Shown here piece by piece: positions 1 to 13,303 of a stretch of 57,085 nucleotides of DNA. Position numbers and translations under genes: made by a program. The notes under the pieces are model-generated. The model was not told the origin of the DNA, did not search any database, and saw nothing but the letters and a program-made list of their open reading frames with translations. The first letter of the stretch is position 1; every line of letters starts with the position of its first letter. This DNA comes from Catajapyx aquilonaris (Eukaryota). The DNA is taken from positions 1 to 57,085 of the forward strand of contig JYFJ02002463.1 of assembly GCA_000934665.2 (NCBI GenBank), given 5' to 3'.

Positions 1-588
1 CTCCAGGGAGCATGCTAATTGCTATTCATCGAAGAGGCTAGAAGACTGCTGTGAGAGAAACCTCGCTTCCTTACATTGACCCAATGAATGTTGAAGTACA
101 TCTCGAGGAAACTCCAGATGACAACCTTCAAGGAGTAGAATTTGAACCAGATTAATAGGTAATACAGATTAATAGATAATTTAATGCAATAACCATTGAG
201 TTCCGGAGTCTTATTGTAGTCTACTACTCCCCCTATTACCTGCGGAGGTCATGAGCATGCTCCCTGTAGGTCCTACCTCGAAATGTCCCTATCCAACATT
301 GATCAGGATGGTCTGGGCTACAACATATCCCATTTTCAGGCAAATCGAACGGAAGGCCACTCGCCCATATATTTTGTGCCTCATCCTTTGAAAACCCAGT
401 GGTGACTCCATTACAGGAACATCAGCTTCAGGGTCGTGGCTGAAAGTGGTGTGAAGCGGAGTCGGAGTGATTATGATAATCATTGTTAATATTTCAGTCA
501 CGTATCATAACAGCATTACCAGCATAACTGGTATTTTTATGTATTGAGTCTTCATTTACCTGGTTCCCGCCGCGGGTTCGTCCGGCAC

Positions 589-695
589 GTACTATATCGC
601 TCAAAAACATAGAGACGATTTTGCATTTGACTCAAGTGCAGCCTGCACTTGAATCAAATGCGAAATCGTCTCTATGTTTTTGAGCGATATAGTAC
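589..695. repeat. 107-bp near-perfect palindrome (MITE-like hairpin)
   Basis: GTACTATATCGCTCAAAAACATAGAGACGATTTTGCATTTGACTCAAGTGCA-gcc-TGCACTTGAATCAAATGCGAAATCGTCTCTATGTTTTTGAGCGATATAGTAC, with 2 mismatches and TA at both ends. Confidence 0.85.
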
Positions 696-800
696 ATCTT
701 GGAGCAGGAACCTATGTAGAGTGCCAGACGACTGCCTTGACAAAGAACGCGTACGGGAGGAAGCACGACTCACTGTGGTGCCATGTGTAGCTTAGAGATG

Positions 801-1110
801 GATTTGTCTGAGTACGAAAGATATCCCAGGCCAACTAGAGCTGTTCACGCTGGATTTGTCGGGTTATGGATGATTCGGTGGATTTGTCGGTTTTAGAAAC
901 ATAGAATATGAACTTCCTGCCTGCATTTGTCGGGTTTTGCATGATAGGCCACTTTTCTTCGGGCCATTACAGCCGCATTTGTCGATGTTTGCTGAATATT
1001 TTGTCGTTACGTGATGAAACACATCTTGAAGAACATATTTCCACCCTTAACTCATTTTTTTTGGAAATTGGATTTGTCGGGTTTTGGAAGAAGGTGCCTC
1101 AATTTGTCAT
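801..1110 (+). repeat. Dispersed ATTTGTC(G) motif cluster, probably transposon subterminal repeats
   Basis: Seven same-orientation copies near 801, 853, 881, 925, 977, 1071 and 1102; several read GGATTTGTCGG(G)TT. Confidence 0.5.
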
Positions 1111-1427
1111 ATGGAATAATTAAGCAATGCTCTATATGAATCTAGGCTTACTTTTCAGTTAGTCCAATAAGGTATGCAACTATGTGACAAATTAGTGATG
1201 GCTGCAAGTAATCATTTAGTATTACTTATGCTCTTATGGGCAATGATTACGTTTCCCATGCCAGAAATTTTCTCTAATACTTCTTCCATCATTAATTTGC
1301 TACTAACAGCTTATGTTTAAAAAAAATTTACTTAAAAAGGAAAGCCTTTGTTCCACTGCAAAACAGTCCAAATGCTTCTCTCTGCCAATAACTCAAAACA
1401 TGCAATGTCATTTACCATTCAACTAAC

Positions 1428-4400
1428 CAGTACATTTTTGAGCTTGATATCCCTGTGCACCAGCCCTTGTGAGTGCAGATACCTGATCCCTTGCACCACA
1501 TGTATAGCGACTTCCATTCTGAGCCTGTACCTCAGACCAGCTTTTAAAGCACAATAGAGGTCTCGCTCCATCCTCTCCATTATAAGGAGTACAGCTGGTG
1601 TCACCCCACACCCATGAGAGTAGTCAACCACTGATCCGTACAGGCGGACAATCCTCTCATGCTCTGGGATGCTGCGAGTGTAGTGAAACTCCATGGCCAG
1701 GTCGTTCCAGTGCTTGTCATCAGGAGGTACCACTGACTTCACTGCACATTGGCCCCGTCCGCCCCACGATTCACAGGAGTACACCACTCCGTACTGCCCA
1801 CGTCCCAGTTCCCGTCCCAGTACAGGCATCCCATGGCGAGCGGTGTCAATCAGGGAGGCACTCTCCAGGGCAAGGCGGGCAACGCGTGGAGCATACACCT
1901 TCCGCAGCTTCAGGCCACGCTCCTCAGTGCGTTCCAGCCTGCCAGAATGGTGCCACTCCAACTGGCGAAGGGCCTGGAGAAAAGCTTCATGTGATGCCTT
2001 CAGACGATCACGGAACTGAAGAAAAATGAGACTCTTATTATGTGAAAGTTTACACATCACACCATTAAAAATTTCAAATGTGAAACCACACTCCCCCCAA
2101 AGGGTATATTGTTTTATATAGTATCTTTTTTTTTTTTTTAATTCCTCCCAATAGATATCCATGAATATCACTCTAGGAAAGGGAAAAATTACTTATCGAG
2201 ATAAAATCCACAACCATTTATGTGCAGTTCTTCTATCATGCTAATTTTTAGCATTGCATGAGGATTGCTTTTGTTTAATTTTGACCTCATCATTGACAAT
2301 AAACTGAATCTGATGTACTGGTGATAAGCTTCTTCATGCATTCCTGACAACACATGTGTGTACACAGTGTCAGACTTACAACACCTGTGACCTTGAGCAT
2401 CTGCTGAGGTTCTCAACATTGCTGACAAGTATACACAAGTTATTTCCCTCATGCAATAAACATGACAAATCTTGACACCACAATAATTATTCTATGTAGC
2501 CAGTTCTCAGGCTGAAAACATGAGCCATGCAACCTCTCGCAAATTTGAATAACAATGAAATAAGCAGCCAATTTTTGCTCATCTGCCTACATGAATACAC
2601 AACAATCTGCAACAACTTTCCCAATTTTGGGAAGGAAAAGATGGGTGCAACATGTATGTGAGTTATGCTTATTCATCAGCAAATGTGGTTCAAAAACAAA
2701 CTTTCCTATTAGAAGTAGTGGCACATAAAGCTTCACCTGCACTGCAAACGTGACACTAACCTGTGAGCAAATTGCTTTAGCCAGCTTGGACTGGCTGAGG
2801 GAATCCAGCATCTCAGCAGCCACTCTCTGCTTCCAAGCCGCATCAGTTTGTGGGGGCTGACCCCACGGCAGATTTCCCAGCAACTGCTTCATCCTTTCTA
2901 ACACGGTTCTCAAGAAAGATGATGATGGCTGACCAGTTAGTTCCACCCTGTAGGCTGCATTCAGAGTCTGCCTAAGAGCACTGGATGCCAGAGACACATC
3001 CTGAACTCCCCTCCAGTCACGCTCAAGGCTCTCCAAACACCTCTGCAGTGTTCCTAAAAAAGTGTCTCGAAGGCAGTTAACTGAACCAATTAACTTTCCA
3101 GCAATGGCTGTGTTCAATTGGGACAGCACTAGGTCACGTATCTCCTCTGCCTGCTCTGATGCAGTTCGAGACGATGGTTCCATGAGAAACTTGTGATTGG
3201 CTGCCTTTTCCAAAACACCTTCACGCATCTCTGTTACGGTTGACAACACAAGTGTTCCCATCTCCTCCTGTTTTCGGCTAGCAATGGACATCAGGGAACG
3301 GAACAACTGCGCCTCTTTTTCCCGTGCATAGTCAAGTCGTCGTGGGGTAATCTGCATCTCGCGAGCCATGTCAAATGCACACAGAATGAAGAGCTGGATG
3401 GATCGGTTGTGGTTCTCATTGAGTCGAAGGGCAGCTGACACAAGCTCAGAGCGAAGTAGGCGACAAGCAAAGTCACTGAACATGTGGAGGGAGTCCAGTC
3501 CTTCAGCAAATACACTTTCTGGAGGGGTCAATGGAGAGTTGGGACACTGGTCTGGAGATTGGTCTGCTCGAAGGTAGCCTGGGAAAAACAAATTTCATGT
3601 TGTAGATGAGGAGTTACTTATTCCTAAAGCAAAGAAGCTGAGAAAAAACTATGCTTAAACATTTTCAGAAAAGCAAGCGCTTAAATTCTGCTTTCCAAAA
3701 CTTGCGAAAGAACACACGCCATACACACCTAATTCAACAAGGCGTTCAATTATTGCTTGATTGTCATCTGCCTGAACTGCGGGAGATTCTTCGCCCTCTC
3801 TGCCCTCCTGTAGGACAGAAGCAGCAGCCGCAGCACCTAAATGATGCTGTTGGTAAGCATGCTGCTGCGACTCTGTCATTTCATTTTGATGCATAGCAAA
3901 TGCAGCAGGATGCAGCTTCAGGAAGAACACAGGAGTATTAGGAAGAATGGATTTTAGTTCCCGCAACTCTTGAACATCCTGCAATTATCACACATTTCAG
4001 GTAATTTTGAGACACTTGCTACAGAACTTTCTCATGCCTTACCTGCTCGGTAAGAGAGCCCAGAAGCACGTATATGACGACAGGTATGTGAGTCTGCGAC
4101 CGAAGCTGCAGTAGCTCTGAGAAAAGTTTGAGAGGCCACCGAGGAGGTATGATTATCTGTGCACCATTTCTCAAGAGTTGGTGGTGCAGCTTGACTTCCA
4201 CCACTGGAACCACATCCACAGAGTCCTGTGAAGAAAACTAGTCCAACGTAACTAAACTGAACTGGTGGAAAGTGAATTTACAAAAACTATTGCAAAATCC
4301 TCAATGCCGAAGGTGTAATTAGTTTGTAGCCTTTTGGTACTTGCATTTTCAAAGTTGTTAAATCTCTTCAAAATCAAAAAAAAATCATGTCATTACATCA

Positions 4401-5048
4401 AAACTGCAGCTCAAATACACTGAAGTTTATCTTAAACTGGGTTAAAAGATTGCTTTATGAATTTCTTCATAATGCAAATGACCTATTACATAAAAATGTC
4501 ATGTGTGTCATTCATTAGACCCTTGTTACTCTCAGAGGGCATACATCTAAACAAATCATTTATAACAATACAGTTCAACAGAAGACCTTTACCTTTGGAT
4601 CATCATTCTTCACACGCAGACAAGTCTCAGGCACACTCTGCCAGTCGTCTTGCTCGTAAGTCTGAAGGCAGTCCACTACCTCGTAACTTGATCCAAAAGC
4701 GACACTAACCTCGTTGACACGGCCAAAAGAAATGCACACCATTCTCCACCCCACGTCCAATCCTCCCCCGTCTCCACTACCGCCTCCTCTCTCAGGAAGA
4801 AGCGAGTCACCAATGAGTGAGTTAACAACAGTGGCCTTGGAGTGGCAGCCATGACCCAGCACCAAGAACAGAAGAGGCTTTTCCACCACCCCAGCCACAC
4901 TCCTAGCCGTGTCGATGTTCAGGCTCAGATTCTCACATATTCCAGCATTGGAGATCTCGTTGTACGCCCGTGACGTTTCGTCCAAAAGGCGGCGGAGGCA
5001 GCTCAGGTGACGGCTCAGCTTAGACAGGTCCTGAGCCAAGCTTGTCAT
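1428..5048 (-). CDS. DSTYK: Dual serine/threonine and tyrosine protein kinase (Dusty/RIPK5); 3'-partial
   Basis: Exons 5048-4593, 4225-4043, 3978-3729, 3578-2761, 2015-1428, all GT-AG and in phase. The protein contains [48 protein letters not shown] and [10 protein letters not shown], as in DSTYK. In-frame stops lie upstream of ATG 5048. I did not find the remaining kinase subdomains (DxG onward) in 1-1427, so they are presumably left of the window. Confidence 0.93.
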
Positions 5049-5192
5049 TTCCAAGCCCTGTTATTGCAGGCAGACGCTGGAACTATGCTGGTGTCATTTC
5101 AGGACCTGACAAGAAGTACTATTATTGATGGTTACATACAACCATTAATGTTATCTCTGTTGTAATATATTGTGATGATAAAAGTGTCCCCN

Positions 5193-5238
<46 letters not shown>
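5193..5238. repeat. (TAA)n microsatellite
   Basis: Direct reading; adjacent to an N at 5192. Confidence 0.95.
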
Positions 5239-5240
<2 letters not shown>

Positions 5241-5955
5241 ATCCATTATAAATGTGTCCTGATTGAACTATAGCTTTAACAGTGGCTGTAACTGTGTAAT
5301 TATATAGCCCATTTCCACCTTTTGTCACGCCAAATAAAACTGCAAGCTGATAATGATAGCACACATACGCCTGGAAATACATGTGACATGCAGTAAACAT
5401 ATACCATTCGCACGAATCCATCCCTATCTCTAACATTATTAAAAAAGCAGTGTTTGTTTGTTTGTCCAGGTTTGATTATACGTATACCATGCAACAACCA
5501 TGCTGGTTTCAACAATGATGACGGCTTGTTGTTGATTTACATTACCATGTAAAGAGGCCGTGCAAAGAACGGATACCGCCACAATTAAGTTTTTCCATGC
5601 ATATTTACACGTACATGACCTGCACACATAATTTTTCTAGGAAATGGAACACACACGAATGCCAACTGACAGCCCAACCATATCGTACTAAATCCACGCC
5701 CCTCGATAAGCCTCTCCAATTCCTTCACATTATATGTAGTACAGAATATCACATTACAAAACATTCCCATCAGTGTTATTGTGTACGTACCTGTCCGAAC
5801 GTACGGACAGACAGCCAGACGGCAACGTTCGACGATCCAACGGCTCCTGGTTGGACATCCAGCCTCATGGTGGTGATGATGCGAGGAATGCTTCTTTTTT
5901 TTTTGCACTCGAGCCTACTTTGCACGCAACCTTGAGATGTGATTATATGAGGAGA

Positions 5956-5983
5956 ACACACACACACACACACACACACACAC
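5956..5983. repeat. (CA)n microsatellite
   Basis: Direct reading. Confidence 0.95.
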
Positions 5984-6463
5984 TCGGTTACGTGTACGGT
6001 ACCGTACCCATGTAGTAGTCGATACCATCTCCGGGTTTTATCTTTTTGGGGTGTCGAACATACGTCAGGACCTGAATGCAAACTGGGTGTTATCTGGAAG
6101 GGTCATCACGGGTCATCTGCTCGGTTGCCAACTCATGATTATTTATAGGAGGCGATTATTCGTTTTTATCAGGGAGCGGTTTGCCTTTCATCATGCATGT
6201 TGGGTGACACTCTGGTACATGTACAAGGCACAGCACAAGGCATATCTGCTAAGTGGGGCATCGGAGATGGAGTTGTGACCTGCGACAACTACTTTCGCAA
6301 TGAATGCAATGCCTCGTGGAATATCAGCCATACAACTTATTAGCATGTGAAAGAACATTGTAAAGCTTTAATGCACTAATACTTCCTGTATGGACCACTA
6401 TAAATAAATGCTTGAAAGCTTCAGTGATAGCAAGGTGATTATTCTCCAACCTTATCATGCCTT

Positions 6464-6638
6464 CACTGTAAACCGCAAAACGTTAAAAGATGAGGGTCAC
6501 TGGTGAGTCTCCCATGGAACATCAATTTTTAATGCTCTAAAAATCTAAAAAAGCATCACAAGAGCATTAGAAAAGCATTAAAAATTGATGCTGCATGGGA
6601 GACTCACCAGCTCTTTTAATGTATTGCGGTTTACAGTG
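6464..6638. mobile_element. MITE with CACTG termini (CMC/EnSpm-like)
   Basis: CACTGTAAACCGCAA...TTGCGGTTTACAGTG, plus internal inverted arms CTGGTGAGTCTCCCATG/CATGGGAGACTCACCAG and CATCAATTTTTAATGC/GCATTAAAAATTGATG. No clean TSD (tt/ta). Confidence 0.75.
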
Positions 6639-7452
6639 TACAGGCTGTCTGCACCAAGATTGCAGCCGGATTTACCACATTGCAATCCCGCCTTCTTGAT
6701 TGGTTAGCATGATAAAGTTACCATAACAAAGGCCAGACCTCCCTACAATGTGGATTAGATTCCCTGTGCTGCTGTCTACCAATGCACATGTCATTGCCCT
6801 TCCATTGCAGACAAAACCAGGGATTGGTTATTAAAATTCATGCAGAAGTGCCCACCAACATCTCATAACCATGGCAATCTGCAAGAAAGCTTTATGAGCC
6901 AGTTCTCACTAAAAAAATAGGTGTTGCTGGCAGTAATTTGCAAATACATTTTTGTAGACATTTTAGATGTTTAGGGTACGCTTGCAAGATCATCTCACTT
7001 CATGTTCCAAATACATCGCACAAATGAAATGGAATCTAGCTCATGCATTCATTTTGGGAGTCCTGGTTTCTGGTAAAAATTTCCACTCTGATCAGGAAAA
7101 TATGAATTTTAGCAAACAGGAACAAATTTTGTTCATGCAATAGGTTAGTACGGGTTAGAATATTGAACCTTGACACATCCTGTAGAAAAAAAACTGCAAC
7201 AACTTCCTGTGTGATCCATTTCATTGCTTATTTATGTATGCTGAAAAGGGGTAGGGATTATTTATATTGCATCATGCACCAGATGAAGTAGGAAACAGGA
7301 TGTAACTTCACAGTGGATGATCAACAAAATGTCGATCTCTCAAAACAAATTACAATTTAACAATGATAATTTATTTATATCTTTTGATTCCCTTCCATGT
7401 TATCACAAGAGATTACTAATTCTTCAGCTGCTGAAGAAAAGGTCACCTATAT

Positions 7453-8301
7453 GGGTCAATACTTGCTGAAGGGTCAAATTATGTATGGTAACGATAGCTC
7501 CCCCCCCCCCCCCCAAGCAGTAATTTATTTGCTGAATTCTGTGTGTAGGCTATTAATACATTGCAATGTCGCGACATTTCATCCTAAATTTTACAAGATA
7601 ATAATTTTCCCCGTCGTTACAGTAACAACTGATGGCATTTTTTTCTTGCCTGTCATGACTTTACTTTTTATTAGACAAGTGTTAGAAGCATACCCTCCGC
7701 AACTGCACGATGTAGGAAAAAAATTATCACCTTCATAAGTTTACACACTTGCAAGCGTTAAATAAGTTCCCACTTCACAATATTATTTTTTTAAACTATG
7801 GAGAGAGAAATAATGAAGTAAAGGAAATAGTTCCATTCGGCATCAATTTAGTGTTACTGAATTATAAATGTAATTCATTTCTGCAATTTCTGTAATGTAA
7901 TCCTATACAAGTATGCCAATTGGAATACATATACACAGTTATGGCTGTACTTATACTTTTGTCGTGGGTAGGCAGTTGGTCATCTGCCGCCCCCCTCTCC
8001 CCACCAATCTCTTCCGTAACATAAATACGCAGAATGATCATACAGGTGAAACAGGCACGTAGGCAGAAAGAATTGAGGAGGGGAGGGGGGCAGCGCCAAA
8101 TAAGGAAAGCGGAAGGCGGGGGACAACAGCCAGCCGCAGAAAATTTTTTGGGTTCAAGGTCACACAAGGTCAAGTTTCTGGTGAAATGTGATGACACTAC
8201 ACATTATCAATACATTTAGTCAGAGAATGCAGGAAATAAATCATGGTTAGAAACCTCTCTCATTTCCCTACACCATTTGACCCTTTAGCAAATATTGACC
8301 C
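7453..8301. mobile_element. Non-autonomous DNA transposon, about 850 bp, with GGG-ended TIRs
   Basis: Left GGGTCAATACTTGCTGAAGGGTCAAAT; right ATTTGACCCTTTAGCAAATATTGACCC (25/27 inverted match). TSD not evident. Confidence 0.65.
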
Positions 8302-8677
8302 GAACACACAATTTATAAAATAAGTAGGGCTTACATTTAATTGACTTGTTTTATGACATGCACACAAGTGTAATGGTGTACTCTTTCTAAAACATAATAT
8401 TTGTAGGTATTTAACCCTTTGGTGACAACATATTGTACTTTCATCGAATATTGACACATAGATCTGTCCTTTCAGTTTACAAATGACTCACAAAACTTGA
8501 AAATGAAGCAATACTTTTGAGCATGATTCCCCCTGTTTCATTACTACCCTATGTGTGTAGTACTCTATAGTCTATACAGAAATAATGTCAATCTTTCAGA
8601 ATCAATACTAAAACATGTGAAAATAACAAATTGAAATAGTTGCATCTGTCTTGATGCTCTCAACTTTTCTCTTATGT

Positions 8678-11600
8678 TCATGGCAAAGTGTTGGTGAGGT
8701 ACAGCAGGGCAGTAGTAGTCTCAGTGGTCTGGATAGCCACCGATCTCATACTCTGTTGGTCATAACTCTCTGGAATCTGTAATGTCATTCCATCCTCCTG
8801 AAACAAACAAGATATTGTGGCATGTAATGTATAATTTATGTGTACAGTGCCCACGTAACTGAGATATGATGAAAGAACTGCAACAGAAATAAATAGCAAA
8901 GAGAACTAAGATAACACAACTACGAGTACTTTCAGCTACTTCCTTGTCTTGCAAGAAGTAGCGACATAAACAACTTGAAGAATATTGTGACAACTGTTTG
9001 ATTTTGCAGTTTTGCTGCTTCCAAGTATCTGTTAAAACTAATAAACAACCATACATAATAGTGATGTCATGTGAAGTAAGAGCCAAACTGCAAACCCATG
9101 GCCTCTCCATTTTTCAGATTAATCTCATGTACATTACTTCTTAAAGCTTCAGCTATTTCCTCTTTGAACTTAAGACACACAAATGTGTACAGTGCAACGC
9201 AATTTTATGATAAAATATACGTACTGGTAGAAGATGTGTCAGACTGACAGGAATGTCATGCTCCTCTTGTTGCACATTATCGGTATTGCATGCTTCTCCC
9301 CTTGACTCATCATACTTTTGATGCATGTCCTCATCTTCCTCTATCAGGAAGACCTCATGATGTGAATCCTGATGCATTTCTTCTTCCAATCCTTTTGTTT
9401 CAGCATCAGCTTCCTCCCTTCATTTGGACACACATTATAAAAATCATGTTGCTACTTTTTACAAGATATGGTTACCACTTCAATAAGTACACCTCCATCA
9501 AAAAATCAAAACTTACCCATGCTTCTTCATGTGCCTCCTGAGGGCGTAGCTAGTATTAAATCGCTTTGTACATTGTCCACACTCATGGGCTCGAGGATTC
9601 TTGTGAATGGTAAGAACATGTTTCCGCTGGCTAGAGCGAGTCTTAAAGGACGCACCACATATCTCACACAGGAAAGAGCGCACGTTGGAGTGAACCGACT
9701 GGCAAAAGAAAGAATACATTTCGTAACTCAGAGGTTGTACACTAACAACTTTCAGTTTGTATTTGTATCTAAGTAATATGAGATGGACCTGCACAAGTCG
9801 GTGACAATGCAGTGCAGGCAGGTGGTGCAACTAATATCAGAGAATACTTCAAGATTGCTTTCAAGATTTGCTTTAAGTTGGTAATTGTAGTAAACCGTAA
9901 ATCACATCCCTGCCCAGCAGAAAGTATGTTATAGTTTAGGTTTATTAAGCAGGAGCCAAAGCAACTATGGCTAAAAGAAGGCACAAAAGTGGGACAGATG
10001 GCGACAGAAACAAAGAAGAGAGGAAAGACTGGTATCTCTCTTAGTCTAAAAGTATTTTATGACTCACAGTGTGCTCCATAAGTTGTGCATGGGATCGACA
10101 ACACTTTCCGCAATCATTGCAATTGAAAACTGTAGTTCTGGGGTCCAATTCAATGTGAGTGATCCTATGCTGCTTGAGAGCATCTGTCCTCTTGAATGAC
10201 TTGCCACAATAGTCACACAGGTAGGGACGCTTGTTGATGTGAACATTGCTGACATGCCTCATGTAGTGCTCTTTTCTTGTTGTATGGTAGCCACACTGAA
10301 ATTAATGGCTTTCTGTTACAAAATTGTATAGTGTCAAGCTTTAAAATGCATTTACTTAGTGTTGCTTAAGCCACTCATAAATGCAAAATGCTGATGGTTT
10401 CTGCCTGCAGCTTACATTCATCAGCATTCTTTGCTGGGCTAACTAACTTTTGTCACTTCCATGTTACTATAAATAGAATACCAACCTGCGGGCACTGATG
10501 AATTCTGCATTCCCCTGAAGTTCTATCATATCCATGAACTCGTAGATGCCGCTTAAAGTAGGATAGCTTACCAGTGGAGTAATGACATTCATTGCATTCA
10601 TAAAGTCGCACATTCCTCTGTTTCACAATCTGTAACAGATATTATCGTATAAGAAAAGCATGCATGAACTAGTCCAGGGGTAACTCACCTTTCTTCCATG
10701 CTTGATCCGCTTGTGTCTAATCAGAAACTTAGCCTCATCTGTCTCATAACTACACTGATCACACTTATGAGTTGAGGCACTATGATCCAAGCAATGACGC
10801 CTAAGATGTCCCAACCTGATGGTCGTGAAGTTGCATTTGTCACATTGATAGAGTGTGGATAGCTGCAATATGACACACTTGTATTAAAATATCTGAATAG
10901 TTTACTAATTATGAACATCCTACCCTTTCTCTGATGTTATCTAGCTGCATTTCATAAATTCACTTCTGGTATACTAATTAAAAATATGAGAAACACTGAC
11001 TAACACAGGTTGATTTGTGGTTAAAATTCACCACGGAAAACTTACTAAAATTCAATAAAAATGTGAATTTGACATGCACACAACACTTTGGACCAGAGTT
11101 TATGATCCTGAGATTCACAAGTGACAGGTACTATATAAACAGGCTTATCAACATTTAATGCGTGACAACAAGAGCTAATGGTGACAAGTACATACAGAGG
11201 TTGCAAGAATGTAATGGCTTGACCAGCACCTTCTCATGTAGCTTCATGTGTTTGTGGAAGTGACTCTCACGCTTCGTCTTGAAAGAGCATTTTTGGCAGA
11301 AGAACTTAAATGGGGACAGTAGCTCATAGTTCTTGCGGATTTTTTGCTCCAACTTCGCCTTGCTGCTCTTATGGTTTGACCTTTCTTCACTTTCCCTAGT
11401 GGCTGACCCAGGCACCATGTTACCCTTGGCATCCAGGGTAATGCTCACATACACTTGATTATCCTTGTTCCGTCCATCCTTGCCTTTGCCTGTCCTGTCT
11501 TCCTCCTTCCTCTTCTTCTTTTTAATCTTTTGACCCTTAAGCAATTTCTCCAAAATCTCTGGTTGTTTTGACTTTCGGCAAAATGACTGGGATGACTTTG

Positions 11601-12536
11601 GGGAATCATCACGTGTTTGAGGAAGAGCAGGGTTGGAGAGGTCTTCCTGGTCGTCTTCATTCTCAGATACACTCAAGTCCCTAGCAGCCATGTCCTGTTC
11701 AGTGTCAGGTGTATCTTCCACTTGAATTTCTTCCAGTAGCAATTCCAGTTCTTGCTGCAATAAGTGTCAAAATTCAGTCTGTAAATTGCCTTTAATACTG
11801 AAGTGCCTGGAGGTGGCAACCTAGGTCAAGGTTAAAGACATGGTTCATTGAGAAAAACACGAGATTGTGAATAAATCTTCACAGTTGGTGAAAACACCAC
11901 AATTTAAGTCAATGGACGTCTCTGAAGTAAAATGGCAGTCCTAAATCTAAGTTGAACTAACTTTCTGCCAAGTCCCTTCCAAACAGAACAAAACAAAATA
12001 ATTCACTCCAAATCTATGTAAGGCAAAGTAAGTGGACAAACAGAGCAGTAGTCAGAAAAATCTGTAGTTACCTTGCACTTGGAAACCTCTTCAAAAGTTC
12101 CCTGTACGACATACGACTTTTCATCATGGCTGAACCCAACTGTGACCTTTGATTCTCTCTGGATTCGCCTGAGCACATCATCCAACCTCAGCGAAAGGCA
12201 GGCAAGGAACTCCAAAGAAATGGCAGCATTAACTTTAGAGAAAACTTCCAAATGGTCACCACTCTGAGGACAGACCACTGGAGCATGCGTCATGTCGGTC
12301 CCTCCGCAGATCAAGTTAGTGATGGGAGCCACTGCAGTTGGGAGGTCACCCAGCACCAGGGCATCAGGTAGAAACACAGCCGGGGCACCTCCCATTGATG
12401 GCACCACATAAGAAGCCTGGTGATGCAGAGGAGCCGCAGTGTGATGGCCTGTGTCCGAGGCGGACAATCCTTGCAGCTCGTATATCTGGACAGGATGAGC
12501 AGTGGACAACCTGTGCATCTCACCTGTGGGATCCAT
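8678..12536 (-). CDS. C2H2 zinc-finger protein (9 fingers) with N-terminal KH-like segment and acidic/basic linker
   Basis: Exons 12536-12072, 11754-11230, 10862-10689, 10617-10486, 10295-10068, 9698-9517, 9417-9225, 8797-8678, in phase. Nine CxxC...H..H fingers from FFCQKCSFKTKRESHFHKHMKLH to HECGQCTKRFNTSYALRRHMKKH. A 5'-UTR donor (AG|GTAAGT) at 13116 and an acceptor before 12548 support an upstream non-coding exon. Confidence 0.85.
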
Positions 12537-13115
12537 CCTTTCCGCCACCTACACTGTTGAGAGAACAACGTATAAATTATCGAGGTCATGACTGGTACAA
12601 TCCACTCTTTGCGAGAGTACGATTAACTACAGGTTTAAATTGAAGACAAGTAGAAACTACAGCAAAATCTGTCCACAGCCGAGTTAGTCTGTTCTGCAAA
12701 AATTTGACATGCTCCAGTGAAAAACATGCCATTTTAATCATATCACTGTTTATGCTAATTTTGGCGTTTTCTCTTCCACATTAAAATGACAAAGCAATCC
12801 TGTCCTAATTTTATCTCTCCCATTGAACATATTGTCAACGTCACATTGACATTTCCAAAACCATGAAGTGAAATAATAGCCAGCATGCTCTCTAGTTTGA
12901 TGACGCCTACCTACCGAGCAACACTCACAAGTTGCGTCAGGCTAAATTAATTACGCAGAAATAATTAAATCACGCCTAATTAGTCGTACAAGCAGCAGAC
13001 ATGAAACCTAAAAACACAATATAAGCAACAGTTCATTTCATGTCGACAGATGGCATTGCGCATTTTGTACACTTCAGCACTGTTTTTAACCTATGAAGAT
13101 TTTAATCCAACTTAC

Positions 13116-13303
13116 CTTAATTAAAACTGCAAATGCACGTTTTTTAAAAAGATTTTAAACTTTAGACATTATTCAAGTGGCGAGTAGTGGCGCCATCTTT
13201 CAATCTGCATTTGAACAAGAAACATCCGGTGTTTGCGAAAAACCTTTCGGAAATGAATTTTGGCGAAATCAAATAGAAAATGTGCCTTTGAGTGTTCAGA
13301 AAA
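13116..13303. promoter_or_regulatory. Bidirectional promoter (ZF gene / CHPF) with YY1/Pho-type motif
   Basis: Head-to-head genes; CGCCATCTT at 13191; locally CpG-rich. Confidence 0.6.

Noticed and set aside
1..530. Short ORF fragments at the left edge as the missing DSTYK exons
   Set aside because: No DxG, APE or DVYAFG kinase motifs recognised on the minus strand.
801..1110. CRISPR-like repeat/spacer appearance
   Set aside because: Repeats are only 7-16 bp, irregularly spaced, in a eukaryotic intron with no cas genes.
5049..5105. Stop-codon readthrough extending the DSTYK N-terminus
   Set aside because: Two in-frame stops (TGA and TAA) separate the uORF from the main ATG.
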